Translations under genes and position numbers: made by a program | Virus record (IMG/VR): IMGVR_UViG_3300020044_004458 | Location: 1-38,634 of that record | Direction: 5' to 3' (one strand) | DNA: 38,634 bases | DNA from: a virus | Taxonomy: Duplodnaviria > Caudoviricetes | The notes under the pieces: model-generated | Database searches by the model: none | Told to the model about the DNA's origin: nothing | What the model saw: only the letters and a program-made list of their open reading frames with translations | Shown here: piece after piece, positions 24,807 to 34,657 of the stretch | Layout: each line of letters opens with the position of its first letter | How positions within the stretch are numbered: the first letter of the stretch is position 1

Positions 24807-25756
24807 TACAATTTAATGCAGTATTGCATAGCCACATTTCGAGGGCGTGTTTCTGTACCAAGTTTTGCGGTTTGCTCAGTATGGCTACCATCTCCAGTAA
24901 GTGATGCGTTTGAATCCGTAACAGTACCACCTGTATCGCACCACACATTATATGAGCCAGTACCAATCCCATTGATTGTAGAGTAAGTGTTGCAATCGTT
25001 GTTTGATGAAATGTGTTTGTGTTTCTCAAGTTGCTGTTGTTGCGTTGAACCAATTGCTCTTCCTGTATCAACGCCTCTTCCGTCATCCCAGCCTCGTACA
25101 AACTCACCACGAAGGTCTGGAAGGTTAAATGTGTTTACACCATCGCCAGCACCATAAGTAGTTCCAATAACCGCAAACAAAGCAGAATATGTTCCAGATG
25201 TTCTTGAAACAGCCGCACCATTGCACTTAGCCCATCCAGAAGGAACTGAAGCCATAGCCATCAACATCACAGCACCAATTGGCATAATGTTGTTACTTCC
25301 GACTATTGTAAGGTCACCAGTAATAGTAGTGTCTCCTGTGATGTTAATTTCACCAGTAGAACAAGTTACATTCACATCGTTGTATGAGTAAATATTTGTG
25401 TCACCAGATGTGCCACTTGAACTTCCTACTTCGGTATTTCCAGAAACAGAACTAATAGTTACGGATGTATTTCCAATAATACTAAGTCCAGTATTTCCAA
25501 AGATTTGAGTTGCTGTAAGAACTCCCAAACCGCCACCAGTACTGATACCAATCAAATCATCAAATGCAATCTTTTTAAGAGTAGATGTTGATGTTTGATA
25601 CACCAATAGCATATCAGAAGTGCTACCAGTAGTAATCAACGCTTGGTCAGTAATAGCATTAGTGTTAAGGACAGCGGAATCCAGCAACGCATTAAGCCGA
25701 GCCGCTGTAACAAGTTCTCCGTCTGTAAATGTATCGCCTTTTTGAATTTGTGCCAT
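24806..25756 (-). CDS. Tail fiber with phage tail collar domain
   Basis: PIGAV...PSGWAKCNGAAVSRT..YSALFAVIGTTYGAGDGVNTFNLPDLRGEFVRGWD...ETRPRNVAMQYCIK; start reassigned to MAQIQ. Confidence 0.9.
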   Translation of the reverse strand: MAQIQKGDTFTDGELVTAARLNALLDSAVLNTNAITDQALITTGSTSDMLLVYQTSTSTLKKIAFDDLIGISTGGGLGVLTATQIFGNTGLSIIGNTSVTISSVSGNTEVGSSSGTSGDTNIYSYNDVNVTCSTGEINITGDTTITGDLTIVGSNNIMPIGAVMLMAMASVPSGWAKCNGAAVSRTSGTYSALFAVIGTTYGAGDGVNTFNLPDLRGEFVRGWDDGRGVDTGRAIGSTQQQQLEKHKHISSNNDCNTYSTINGIGTGSYNVWCDTGGTVTDSNASLTGDGSHTEQTAKLGTETRPRNVAMQYCIKL

Positions 25757-25757
25757 G

Positions 25758-27857
25758 TTAGTCTTTTGATATAATGTTTTTGCCTTTAACAGTTCCGTAA
25801 GCAAATACGGAGCGAATTGCGGGTCTTAAATTTCTTGCAACGAATCTGAACTGAATTCCTGTGCCAGTTTTTCTGATAGGGGTTCTTCTGGTTTCATCGT
25901 TGTCGGCAGGAGAGCCGTATGAGTCGATAAGGATAGATGAGTCGTTATTAGCCACATCAACATATGTATCTAAAACAGCACCCGCTTGGAAAAGCAAATC
26001 TATTTCACTTCCACTAAAACGCTTGTCATTAAATGTACCAAATATATATCTTCTTGTAGTAAGAGATGATTGAATAAGGTTACCTTGGAACTCGTCTTCA
26101 CCTAGATAAAAAGGAAGGTACGGAACAGATGGAGGGGTTTCGTGAAGAACAGGAGTACCGACATTATTGCCGTATTCATCGTAATCCAGTTCTTCAGTCA
26201 AGAACACGCCTTGGTCTGAATCGATAATATACAATCTCCTTGTGTTGTTTTTCTTGGCAATGACAAAGTTAAATACATCAATGCCAGCAGGATATGTATC
26301 AACGGATTCCCAAGCCTTTAAGATAAAATTATAAACAAGAACGGCATTGTTCTCAGTAGAACCATCAACAGGTACGGCAAGGTAATAACGATTGCCCCAA
26401 TAAGTCCCAACAGCACGATAAGCGTAAGTTCTGTTAATTCGTTGAATAACATCATCTATTGGTGCTGATAGTGGCTGGGCATTGGTAAGGAGTCTCATAG
26501 CCTCATTAGCCCCAACCTGTGTTGGATTCATTGCATATACGCCATTGTCTGATAGGAAGATAACCCCACCATCGGCTTGAACTACGCTACGCTTTGCAAT
26601 GCACCCAATGTCGCTTACAAGGGTTTTGATGAATGAGTCATTGGAAAGCCCATCTCCAGTAACATAACGCCCTACGCCTGTGTTTACATAGAAGATGCTG
26701 TGACGCATAAACACCACGAATTCGTTAAGAGTCCAAGGTGAAACAGCCGTAACTTCGTCATTGCCTCCGTTATTAAATGTAAATGCGTCCAAGATATCCC
26801 ATTTGTCGTAATCAAGATAATTGCTTACACAAACAGTATCTCTTTTTCTTTTTGGCTCTGGGTCATTATGATATCTTCCTTGAGCAATAAGCCTGTTTCC
26901 GTAGTAAATTAATTGAGAGCAATTAGGAAATTCGTGAGAACCACCAGAAGATGGTGGTACTATATGAACAGTAACGCCCATATCCCATCTTAGAGGACGC
27001 TTTTCGTGACCTCTAGTAATGAAAACATTGTCAATTGCTTGCAAAACATCACAGCCGTCAGATGTATTTATGTACTCTGTAGACAGACTGCAAGTGCCTA
27101 CAGTAAGTGCAAGTAGTGTGGGGATTACATATGTGAATGTATTTGCACCAGTAACTGTAATAGTATATACGCCATTGTAGTTAAGGTTTGTTGTTTCAAT
27201 AGACAGCGAAGTTCCAGATGTATATCCGTGAGCCGTCTTAGTAACTGTTATTTGCGTTTGTTGATTTGGGGCTGTACCAATAGTAGCAGATGCAAATGTG
27301 CAGTCTATTGACATACTGCAAGTACCTGTTGTAAGTGTAAGAACAGATGGAATTACATAAGTAAATGTATCTACGCTAGTAACAGTAATAACATACAAGC
27401 CACTATAATTAAAATTAGATGCTGTAATGGACAATAAATTTCCAGATGAATATCCGTGTGCTACCTTTGTTACTGTTATAACAGTAGTTGAACCTACTGT
27501 TGCAGAAGTAAATGTACCTCCAGTTGTAACAATGGGACTTACACGACTAGGAAATGGCACAGGGAGCGACAGCACCTCGCTCTGAGGGTTATAATACCAG
27601 AGGTCACGCTCCGTAATAAGAACTATGATTTCCTGCCCAACCGCATCAATGTAGGTGCAAGAGCCGTATATGGTTCTACCTACAATGCTACCAACTGTCT
27701 TTCGTTCAAGACCTTTTCTGGCTGATGCTACGCCTCTATCGAGTCTGTAATTACTAGCCTCTGATACATACCCTTGGGGCAATGCGGATGGGTTGTCACG
27801 GCTGTTTAGACCTATGAACCCTGCATCGCCATCCTTTAGGTATGTGCCATCAGCCAT
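25758..27857 (-). CDS. Tail tubular protein B/nozzle-like beta-propeller protein with a duplicated insert
   Basis: FIGLNSR, IGCIAKRSVV..DGGVIFLSDNGVY, LSAPID, YYLAVP...VLVYN; position after the adaptor gene. Confidence 0.75.
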   Translation of the reverse strand: MADGTYLKDGDAGFIGLNSRDNPSALPQGYVSEASNYRLDRGVASARKGLERKTVGSIVGRTIYGSCTYIDAVGQEIIVLITERDLWYYNPQSEVLSLPVPFPSRVSPIVTTGGTFTSATVGSTTVITVTKVAHGYSSGNLLSITASNFNYSGLYVITVTSVDTFTYVIPSVLTLTTGTCSMSIDCTFASATIGTAPNQQTQITVTKTAHGYTSGTSLSIETTNLNYNGVYTITVTGANTFTYVIPTLLALTVGTCSLSTEYINTSDGCDVLQAIDNVFITRGHEKRPLRWDMGVTVHIVPPSSGGSHEFPNCSQLIYYGNRLIAQGRYHNDPEPKRKRDTVCVSNYLDYDKWDILDAFTFNNGGNDEVTAVSPWTLNEFVVFMRHSIFYVNTGVGRYVTGDGLSNDSFIKTLVSDIGCIAKRSVVQADGGVIFLSDNGVYAMNPTQVGANEAMRLLTNAQPLSAPIDDVIQRINRTYAYRAVGTYWGNRYYLAVPVDGSTENNAVLVYNFILKAWESVDTYPAGIDVFNFVIAKKNNTRRLYIIDSDQGVFLTEELDYDEYGNNVGTPVLHETPPSVPYLPFYLGEDEFQGNLIQSSLTTRRYIFGTFNDKRFSGSEIDLLFQAGAVLDTYVDVANNDSSILIDSYGSPADNDETRRTPIRKTGTGIQFRFVARNLRPAIRSVFAYGTVKGKNIISKD
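27081..27518 (-). repeat. Tandem ~70-aa beta-rich repeat inside the tail protein
   Basis: ITVTK.AHGY.SG..LSI...N.NY.G.Y.ITVT...TFTYVIP..L.LT.GTCS twice (27309-27518 and 27081-27302). Confidence 0.9.
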
Positions 27858-27994
27858 TAGTCTTTAGACTTCAGTTTGTTCAACATTTCCTTACCCCAAG
27901 AAACCTTCTCCGACTTGGCGTTCTTAATGCCAGCGTAGAAGCCTCCAAGGAATGCAAGGACGATTACTGTGAGTGAAAGAAGGAATGTAAACAT
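27857..27994 (-). CDS. 45-aa single-TM protein
   Basis: MFTFLLSLTVIVLAFLGGFYAGIKNAK...KSKD*; fills the gap exactly, TAATG-coupled. Confidence 0.7.
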   Translation of the reverse strand: MFTFLLSLTVIVLAFLGGFYAGIKNAKSEKVSWGKEMLNKLKSKD

Positions 27995-27995
27995 A

Positions 27996-28385
27996 TTAGT
28001 TTTGAATAGCAAAATCTGACAATGTGCTGTTCACAATGACATATAACTGTGTTGTTGAACCATTATTTGCTGATGTATAAAAAACAGGAAATCCCCAACT
28101 TGCAGTAGTTCCATCCCAGATTCCAGCAAATGAACCTGTGCCAGCAAGAATCCCAGCATTGGAAATGCCACAAGCAGTTCTATCTGAATCGTTTCCTGTA
28201 CTCCAAGTGTATTGAACCATTGAAGCAAGGGCATTGGCAAGAGCCTTGTCCTTTGTAATCATCGGATTACTAGCAGAAGCCATTGAAGCGTTCTGGATAG
28301 CCGCAAGTTGGTCGGCAGAGATTTCGTTACCGACTTCCAGCACATCGACTGGAATCATAACACCGACAGAAACATTGATACTCAT
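27996..28385 (-). CDS. Putative virion structural protein
   Basis: Start MSINVSVG overlaps the upstream stop; S/T/G/A-rich. Confidence 0.65.
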   Translation of the reverse strand: MSINVSVGVMIPVDVLEVGNEISADQLAAIQNASMASASNPMITKDKALANALASMVQYTWSTGNDSDRTACGISNAGILAGTGSFAGIWDGTTASWGFPVFYTSANNGSTTQLYVIVNSTLSDFAIQN

Positions 28386-28687
28386 TAGACAGAGCCGATT
28401 GTGATGTTGATGGCAGGAGTGCCAGCATTGGCAACAGCCCAAAGACCACCTTGGTAATTGTCAATTGAGAACTGAGATGTAGGAGGAAGGACGATGCCAA
28501 CTGTGTCCGTGGCGTTACCCATGACTTGAACAGTATCTGTCGCAGATGTATTCTGGATAACAACAACGATACGCTTGGTAGTAATGTTGGCAGGAGGGGT
28601 AAGCACTTGAACCTTCGTGGTGCTAAGGGTCGTTTGCGTGGTAGAATAACTACGCAGGAACGGAGAGGATGTTGAGATGATTGACAT
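28385..28687 (-). CDS. Small beta-rich virion protein
   Basis: 100 aa, RIVVVIQNTS; located in the structural operon. Confidence 0.7.
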   Translation of the reverse strand: MSIISTSSPFLRSYSTTQTTLSTTKVQVLTPPANITTKRIVVVIQNTSATDTVQVMGNATDTVGIVLPPTSQFSIDNYQGGLWAVANAGTPAINITIGSV

Positions 28688-28691
28688 AAAA

Positions 28692-29459
28692 TTAGTAAGT
28701 TCTGTTCATGTTGATTTTACCGAACTGACCCTGCTGACGCAGGAACTTGTCGTATTCTTGCTCAAGGACTTGCGATGCCTTGCCTTCAATTACAGTAGCC
28801 TCGTTAATCATAGTTTCAGAGACATACCAGTTAGCCGCCGCACCCCAAGCCATGAACGAGCCAAAGATGTACGGAATTTCAATCTTACTCCATAGAGTAG
28901 GATGAGTATTAGGATTCTGCCCAACAGAAGTTGAGTTCGCAAGGCAGATGTAAAAATTGCCATAATGAGGCTTACCCTGCACAGGCATCAGAGAGCCAGT
29001 ACCAGAACCAGAATCAAAATAAATTTGGCTATTTAAGTAGTAAACCACATTACTTTTGTATGGGTCACCTGTAAGCACAGGGCAGTTCTGCCTGTAGAGG
29101 TATGAGCCATCAGCGATGATGCTAGGAAGAATGATTCTGATTTCAGAACCTTCGTTGTAAATCTGATAATCTATTTGCTTGGCTCTGCTGGTGTCTTGTG
29201 GGTTCTTATTCCACACACCAAGGATTTCCGAAGCGTCAGCAGATGGCACGAAGTAGTTCGTCCCGCTTACATCTTGAGTGGTCGTGAAGTCCACGATACG
29301 GCAGACATCTGACCATTGGTTTGATTCCCATGCTTCCCTCATACGAGATGAAGCGAAATCACGGAACTGGGCGAATGTTTCGTCCGTGATGTTGTGGCGG
29401 TCATTACCAGAGTATTGAAGTGCATCGAACAGCACTTGGCTGAAGTTTGTAGTTCTCAT
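28692..29459 (-). CDS. Head-tail adaptor/tail tubular protein A-like
   Basis: 255 aa; helix-beta-helix layout ending IPYIFGSFMAWGAAANW; synteny. Confidence 0.6.
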   Translation of the reverse strand: MRTTNFSQVLFDALQYSGNDRHNITDETFAQFRDFASSRMREAWESNQWSDVCRIVDFTTTQDVSGTNYFVPSADASEILGVWNKNPQDTSRAKQIDYQIYNEGSEIRIILPSIIADGSYLYRQNCPVLTGDPYKSNVVYYLNSQIYFDSGSGTGSLMPVQGKPHYGNFYICLANSTSVGQNPNTHPTLWSKIEIPYIFGSFMAWGAAANWYVSETMINEATVIEGKASQVLEQEYDKFLRQQGQFGKINMNRTY

Positions 29460-29821
29460 CTGGTAATGTATCCGTCCGCTGTGAATATTGCACCATTCAC
29501 ACAGGCTTTTTTGGCGTAGTTCTTAACCGCAGTCTCTGGATTGTCTCGGAGGAATTCACGCATGAATGTCTTGTCTTCCCAACAATCATAACCAAGGCGT
29601 TGACCCCAGTAATGCCATGCTTGGACAGGAATTGATGCTATCTTCTGACCGACACCTTCAATGGCTTTGTTTTCGTTGAATTTGTCAAAGTGTCCGTTCT
29701 GTTTTGCAACAGCCTTCATCTTGACCTCTTCTTGTCTCCAGCCACGGATTAACTCCTCCTGCACCCTATTTCTAAGGTGAGGAGGAATAACCTCAGACAG
29801 ACTTTGGATTAAGTCTGACAT
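29456..29821 (-). CDS. Hypothetical protein downstream of the capsid gene
   Basis: 121 aa; IASIP...W...FMREFLRDNPE. Confidence 0.7.
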   Translation of the reverse strand: MSDLIQSLSEVIPPHLRNRVQEELIRGWRQEEVKMKAVAKQNGHFDKFNENKAIEGVGQKIASIPVQAWHYWGQRLGYDCWEDKTFMREFLRDNPETAVKNYAKKACVNGAIFTADGYITR

Positions 29822-29827
29822 CCGTGA

Positions 29828-30859
29828 TTACGAAGCGAAGTCGAAAACACCGAAGGCGAGAGGATTGTAGACGCAGAGTCCAGCAACCGCTTCAATCATT
29901 CGGGCTTCACCACCGCCAGCGTTAGGCAGAGCAGTCACACCAGCGACATTGCCACCATAACGAACTTCAACCATGTCAAAAGGAATGACATAACCGCAAG
30001 TCGTATTGCCAACGCCAGCCGACACCTTGAGGAAGTGTGAGGGGTGAAGACGGAGTTTACCGAAGTCGCCTTCAAACACATCGACAGACGAGATATACGA
30101 CTGGGAATCAGACTCTCTGTTGAGAGTACGGATAGCGGTCATCGGGGCTGTGCCTGTGCCTTGGGAGGTCGTGTAAGCGAGGTTAGTGAACGCTCTCTTG
30201 AGGGCAGAACCGCAAAGGAGGTCGAAGTCACGGAACTGACCAGTCTGTCCGTAGATACCTGTGAGGACATCTTGGACATGGGTTTCAGTCATCGTGGCAG
30301 TCGTAGCCGTTGTGTTGCGGTTAGCGGCAGGGGTAGCGAACTGCGTGTCGTAAGGAAGAACTGTGTCAACCGAACCAGTAGGCTTCAGCCACTTGTCGAG
30401 ACCTCTTGTGAGGTAAGCGTTAGTGCCGTTGTCCAACTGAGCACCTTGCGTACCGCAGAAGGTGGCTTCCATGTCACGCTTGATGGCTTGGATGCCCTTA
30501 GCGACATTGTTAGCGAGTTCATCACGAACACCAGCGACAGTCGAGATGTCCTGCGTAAGCGGGGACACACGGACGGAGCGTCTGAAGATTTGGATGTAGT
30601 TGCTGAGTTCAGCACGATAGACAGTAGCACCATCCTTGACATAGTTTTCGTAGGTGGTCACATCTGTGCCATCGACTGTACCAGTTGTCTTAGGGGTGGG
30701 GAGGCGGTCAGCCTGCCAGCGGAAAAGAGTATTTCCGGGTTTTGAGCCTTTCTTCGCCATCGAAGTGAAGGGAGTATCCTTCGCATCGACAAGGGCGATG
30801 AGGTCAGCGAGTTCTTCTCTCTTACCAGACGAGAAGGAGGGTTCTGTTAGATTTGCCAT
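29828..30859 (-). CDS. Major capsid protein (DUF5309/SU10-like HK97 fold)
   Basis: REELADLI...DTPFTS...FRWQAD...NYIQIFRRSVRVS...IKRDME...DFG. Confidence 0.88.
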   Translation of the reverse strand: MANLTEPSFSSGKREELADLIALVDAKDTPFTSMAKKGSKPGNTLFRWQADRLPTPKTTGTVDGTDVTTYENYVKDGATVYRAELSNYIQIFRRSVRVSPLTQDISTVAGVRDELANNVAKGIQAIKRDMEATFCGTQGAQLDNGTNAYLTRGLDKWLKPTGSVDTVLPYDTQFATPAANRNTTATTATMTETHVQDVLTGIYGQTGQFRDFDLLCGSALKRAFTNLAYTTSQGTGTAPMTAIRTLNRESDSQSYISSVDVFEGDFGKLRLHPSHFLKVSAGVGNTTCGYVIPFDMVEVRYGGNVAGVTALPNAGGGEARMIEAVAGLCVYNPLAFGVFDFAS

Positions 30860-30883
30860 AGTTGTATATAGGGTTAGGGGTGA

Positions 30884-31900
30884 TTACAGGAATCGGTTAG
30901 CGATAATAGATGTTAGGTCGTCTCGGTTACCATTAGCCCCAAAACGCTTTTGGGCTTCCTTCGCTCTTGCTTCCTTTTCGGGAACATAGGGCGGGGTCGC
31001 TGTACGCTTTGGTTGAACAGGTGCTGTTCGGTTTGAGACCGCAGGGGATTTCTTTGTAGCCTCACGGCTCTTGACTCCTCTGATGTAGTCTCCCAGCACC
31101 ATCTTGTAGTCTGGGAAGCGGGTGATTTCGGGGAAGTGTTTGAGGAAAGACTCAGCGATTTGACGCTCGTTTGAACTTCTGTCTTTCCACCACGGATATT
31201 CCTTTGTCGCCACTTGTTCAATCTGAGAATAATTCTCGATGTACTTGGCTCTTGCTGGGAGGTGTTCCTCAAGGGCATCAAGGGCTTTAATCTTGATTCT
31301 TCGGACTTCTTCAGCGGAATAATCTACTTCTTCACCATTCGCTCCAGTTACTGTTGCACCATCGGGGTTCATCTCGCACCAGCGTCTAATCTGCTTGGCT
31401 TGTTCAGCCTCACGATTCACTTCTTCAAGTGTCTTCAGATTTGAATAGGGGTTGTCCGACTTTGGAGTCTGTGCTGGCTTGTTAGCCTCTTGCGACAGTC
31501 TCTCCACTTCAGACTTAAGCCTTTCCACTTCTGCTTCCGCTTCTCTCCGTTTTGCAGAGAGTTTATCGATGCGTTTCTTTACACCCTTTGGCAGTCCACG
31601 CTCAAGTTCATCATCATCAGACTTGGTTTCTTCGGTTTCCTCGGAGTCTTCTGACTGTTCCTGCTCGCTTTCTGTATTGGTTTCCTGTGAAAGAACTTCA
31701 CTATCTTCTTCGGATGTCGCTTGACCATCCGTTTCAGTCTGTTTCTGGGAGTCTGAATCCTCCGCTACTTCCTCGCCTCCTAGGAAGGTCTTGCCAATTA
31801 TGTCAGCAAGATTGTTTTGGTCAAAAGGCTGGGCAGAGCCTTCGTTTTTCGTGGGGTTATTTGATTCCGTCCCAAGGTCGGATTGATTTTCTGTATTCAT
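30884..31900 (-). CDS. Capsid scaffolding protein
   Basis: Acidic disordered N-terminus, GVKKRIDKLSAKRREAE coiled coil; between portal and capsid genes. Confidence 0.8.
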   Translation of the reverse strand: MNTENQSDLGTESNNPTKNEGSAQPFDQNNLADIIGKTFLGGEEVAEDSDSQKQTETDGQATSEEDSEVLSQETNTESEQEQSEDSEETEETKSDDDELERGLPKGVKKRIDKLSAKRREAEAEVERLKSEVERLSQEANKPAQTPKSDNPYSNLKTLEEVNREAEQAKQIRRWCEMNPDGATVTGANGEEVDYSAEEVRRIKIKALDALEEHLPARAKYIENYSQIEQVATKEYPWWKDRSSNERQIAESFLKHFPEITRFPDYKMVLGDYIRGVKSREATKKSPAVSNRTAPVQPKRTATPPYVPEKEARAKEAQKRFGANGNRDDLTSIIANRFL

Positions 31901-32028
31901 TAGATGAAGGTCTAAAGTCCTATATTACTATAAGCAGGGTTTTGTAATAGTCCCAGAACTAGGGGTAAATTCTGTTTAATTATTATATAAGCAAGTCTGA
32001 ACTATGCTTTGTACCATAATCGCACGAA

Positions 32029-32274
32029 TCATTCGTCAAGAGGTCTACCAATGTCCTTAAGGACGGCATCTCTTGTAGAAAGCATAACGCTCTTGAAGGC
32101 AACGAGTGCCTCGGCTCTACCGCAATGGTAAGCCCTATCTTCGCCACGATTCTCCTTCTGGAGAGCGTAAGCGGTTTCGGACTCAATGGATGCGTCAAGG
32201 AGCATCAAGGTTGCTTTCCAGACAGGATTGTCCTTTTCAAAGCCAAATCCGTGAATAATTGGTTGCGGTAGCAT
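32029..32274 (-). CDS. Small helical protein downstream of the portal gene
   Basis: 81 aa; RAYHCGRAEAL motif. Confidence 0.7.
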   Translation of the reverse strand: MLPQPIIHGFGFEKDNPVWKATLMLLDASIESETAYALQKENRGEDRAYHCGRAEALVAFKSVMLSTRDAVLKDIGRPLDE

Positions 32275-32277
32275 AGA

Positions 32278-34491
32278 TTACATTCCCATCTGGGATTCTT
32301 GTTCCTTTTGCATCTGGTCGGCTTGCTTGATTTGACCTTCCATTGCAGAGGCGGCTTGTTGACCGACAGGGGTCACGCCAGTTCTGCCAACTTGCTTGTT
32401 CTGCTGTTGGCTGACGCTCATCTGGAGGTTCTTGACATAGTTATCAAGCAACGCTCTGAAGTGCTGGTCACCCTGCATAGCCTGTGAAGCCTTGGGGTTC
32501 TTGCCCATGATGTCTTGGAGGTACTGCAACTTGGTTTGGGCTGTTGGGTCGTTCTCGACATAGTTAGCCTCGTTACCAAGCATCATCAGACCGATATCGG
32601 ACTGGATTTCCTTATATAGCATCTGAGACGCACTAGCCTGTTCGACAATGAGGTCTTTAGCCTTGTCTGGGTCGATGGCTTCAATGGCGGCTCGCACCAA
32701 CTTGCTCTTGTCAATAACACCAGCAGAGTCCAGAGGCATAACAAACTGCATAATCGCTTGCAATTTCTGCATCACGAAGTCGGTGTCGATTTCACGGACA
32801 TCGTACTTAATCTGGAAGTCGAACTGATTGCTGATAGCCGACATATTCTGTGGCATCGGCTTATTTGTGATAGACTCGATTTCAGCAGGGTCGAGGTACT
32901 GCAAGCACAGGCTGAACATCATTCCGAAGGTTTCACTCCAGACATCCAGCCAATTATTGACAATGTATTGCTGGGTTGTCTGTGTTCTCTGGGGAGGCAC
33001 ATTGGGGTGATAGATACCGAAATAGGCGGCGTGGTTCTGCTCAACGATGTTGATGAGGTTGAACGCAGTCTGAGTCTCCGATTGCGGAGGAGTCATAAAC
33101 TTGTAGTCATCTGGCGTTGTAACAGGTAAGTGAATTCCTGGTGCAATCTTATTGATACCACCAAGTCTCTTCTTAACAAGGATAGGAGGCATCGTGGTGA
33201 ACGCAGTTCGGTCACGGATAGAGTCGTGCTGTGCCTTGATTTCAAACTGGTCGGTCATTGCGACCTCTGGGATTCCTCTAGATTCTTGAATAGGTCTACG
33301 GATGCGTTCTCTGCGGTAGATGACAAACGGATACTTGTTGTGGGCGTATCCAAGCAGTTCGTGCGAGGCGTAGATATCGCTACCAGCCCTAGGGCAGAAG
33401 ATGGTGCAGTAGATACCCTGTGTGCCGTCCTTATTGATAAGTCGGCTGTACGCATACACCACTTCAATGAGGTGCATATTGCGGTTAATCTGATAGTTAA
33501 TCAGCGAAGCCGCAGGAAGAATGTTAGGGTCGTGGAAGTTAGTTCGGAGTCCAGCAACGCTGACGGCTTGATTGACAAACTCTTCGCTCCATTCATATTG
33601 GGCGGCTTGAGAACGAATCTCCATCTCCGTCATAAATGTGCGTCTGAAGATGACTCTAGCGTCTTGTATGTCGATGGTTTCTGGCGGGAACGAAATCTCG
33701 TCAAATGGTTTTAATGCAACGACTGAAGGGATGTTCTTGGAGACATAGGCTTCTGGGATATCAGCCTTGCCAGTTTCTCTGAGTTCACGGACAGCCTTCT
33801 TGATGTCCTTTGGTTTCACATCCGTGAGGTACTGCGAGATGAGGTCGATTGCGTACTGCTCCTGCTCTGGATTCATAATGGCGTTAGCCAAGTCCTTGAG
33901 CGATGAGCCAGACTGTTCAGCCTGTTGGCTGAGTTGAGCAATTTCATCAATTCTGATTGTCTGATAGCGAAGAGCCATTTCCTGCTCCCACATAACATGA
34001 AGTCCAGCCCAGCCGTACTGCTGTGTGTACTGTGCGAGCAAGTCAGCCTCTGCACGAAGTTCCTGTCGGAGTTTAGACTGGGTAAGCCAGTCCATCAGAA
34101 CATTGGCAGAGCCAGCGAAGTCGTAGTCGTTGTATTCCGTACCCTTAACCTTGACCTTACAGCGGTCAAAGGTGGTCATCAGCATAGCAACTGTGTCGTT
34201 AATTGTGCGGTCAATCAGTCTGCAACGGACATCAGAAGCACCTTCAAATGGAAAGGCGGCATCGCCCTCCATCCGTGATTCGCTGTGCTTTTTCCCGTCA
34301 GAAGTCTGACCAGCCCATCTGGAGAGACGGATATCGTCATTCTCCATGATGTTAGCGACATTACCGCCATTCTGCGTAGAGCGATTGTATTCCTGCCAAA
34401 GATAAGGGACATCTGGCGTTTCCGAAGCGTAGACCAGTTTATCTTGATTGGGATTATACTTGGTCGAAAGATTGTTCTTTGTTATGCTCAT
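32278..34491 (-). CDS. Portal protein
   Basis: 737 aa after TerL; YPFV...SRGIPE...Q motif; Q-rich C-terminal tail. Confidence 0.85.
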   Translation of the reverse strand: MSITKNNLSTKYNPNQDKLVYASETPDVPYLWQEYNRSTQNGGNVANIMENDDIRLSRWAGQTSDGKKHSESRMEGDAAFPFEGASDVRCRLIDRTINDTVAMLMTTFDRCKVKVKGTEYNDYDFAGSANVLMDWLTQSKLRQELRAEADLLAQYTQQYGWAGLHVMWEQEMALRYQTIRIDEIAQLSQQAEQSGSSLKDLANAIMNPEQEQYAIDLISQYLTDVKPKDIKKAVRELRETGKADIPEAYVSKNIPSVVALKPFDEISFPPETIDIQDARVIFRRTFMTEMEIRSQAAQYEWSEEFVNQAVSVAGLRTNFHDPNILPAASLINYQINRNMHLIEVVYAYSRLINKDGTQGIYCTIFCPRAGSDIYASHELLGYAHNKYPFVIYRRERIRRPIQESRGIPEVAMTDQFEIKAQHDSIRDRTAFTTMPPILVKKRLGGINKIAPGIHLPVTTPDDYKFMTPPQSETQTAFNLINIVEQNHAAYFGIYHPNVPPQRTQTTQQYIVNNWLDVWSETFGMMFSLCLQYLDPAEIESITNKPMPQNMSAISNQFDFQIKYDVREIDTDFVMQKLQAIMQFVMPLDSAGVIDKSKLVRAAIEAIDPDKAKDLIVEQASASQMLYKEIQSDIGLMMLGNEANYVENDPTAQTKLQYLQDIMGKNPKASQAMQGDQHFRALLDNYVKNLQMSVSQQQNKQVGRTGVTPVGQQAASAMEGQIKQADQMQKEQESQMGM

Positions 34492-34657
34492 TTATAAATT
34501 TGATTAAATCGTCACGGAAATAACGCTTTTGCCCACCCTTGGTTCGGTAGGTTCTGATTATTCCTTTTATAGCAAGGAGTTCTAGTTGCCGTCTTGTCAA
34601 GCCAATAAGTAACATTGCTTTGTTTCTAGACAACAGACATGGAAAGTATATTTCCAT
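34454..34657 (-). CDS. Xis/MerR-like HTH DNA-binding protein
   Basis: LLSRNKAMLLIGL...IRTYRTKGGQKRYFRDDL; start MEIYF coupled to the TerL stop. Confidence 0.7.
   Translation of the reverse strand: MEIYFPCLLSRNKAMLLIGLTRRQLELLAIKGIIRTYRTKGGQKRYFRDDLIKFINEHNKEQSFDQV

Noticed and set aside
27081-27518. Diversity-generating retroelement TR/VR pair
   Set aside because: The differences are not adenine-specific, both copies are in frame in one gene, and no reverse transcriptase is present.
30044-30745. 233-aa plus-strand ORF and similar antisense ORFs (e.g. 33130-33714, 4017-4487, 18912-19409)
   Set aside because: They are shadow frames opposite well-supported genes.
34454-34657. Excisionase implying a lysogeny module
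   Set aside because: No integrase, att site or CI-like repressor was recognised; Xis-like HTHs also act as general DNA-binding proteins.
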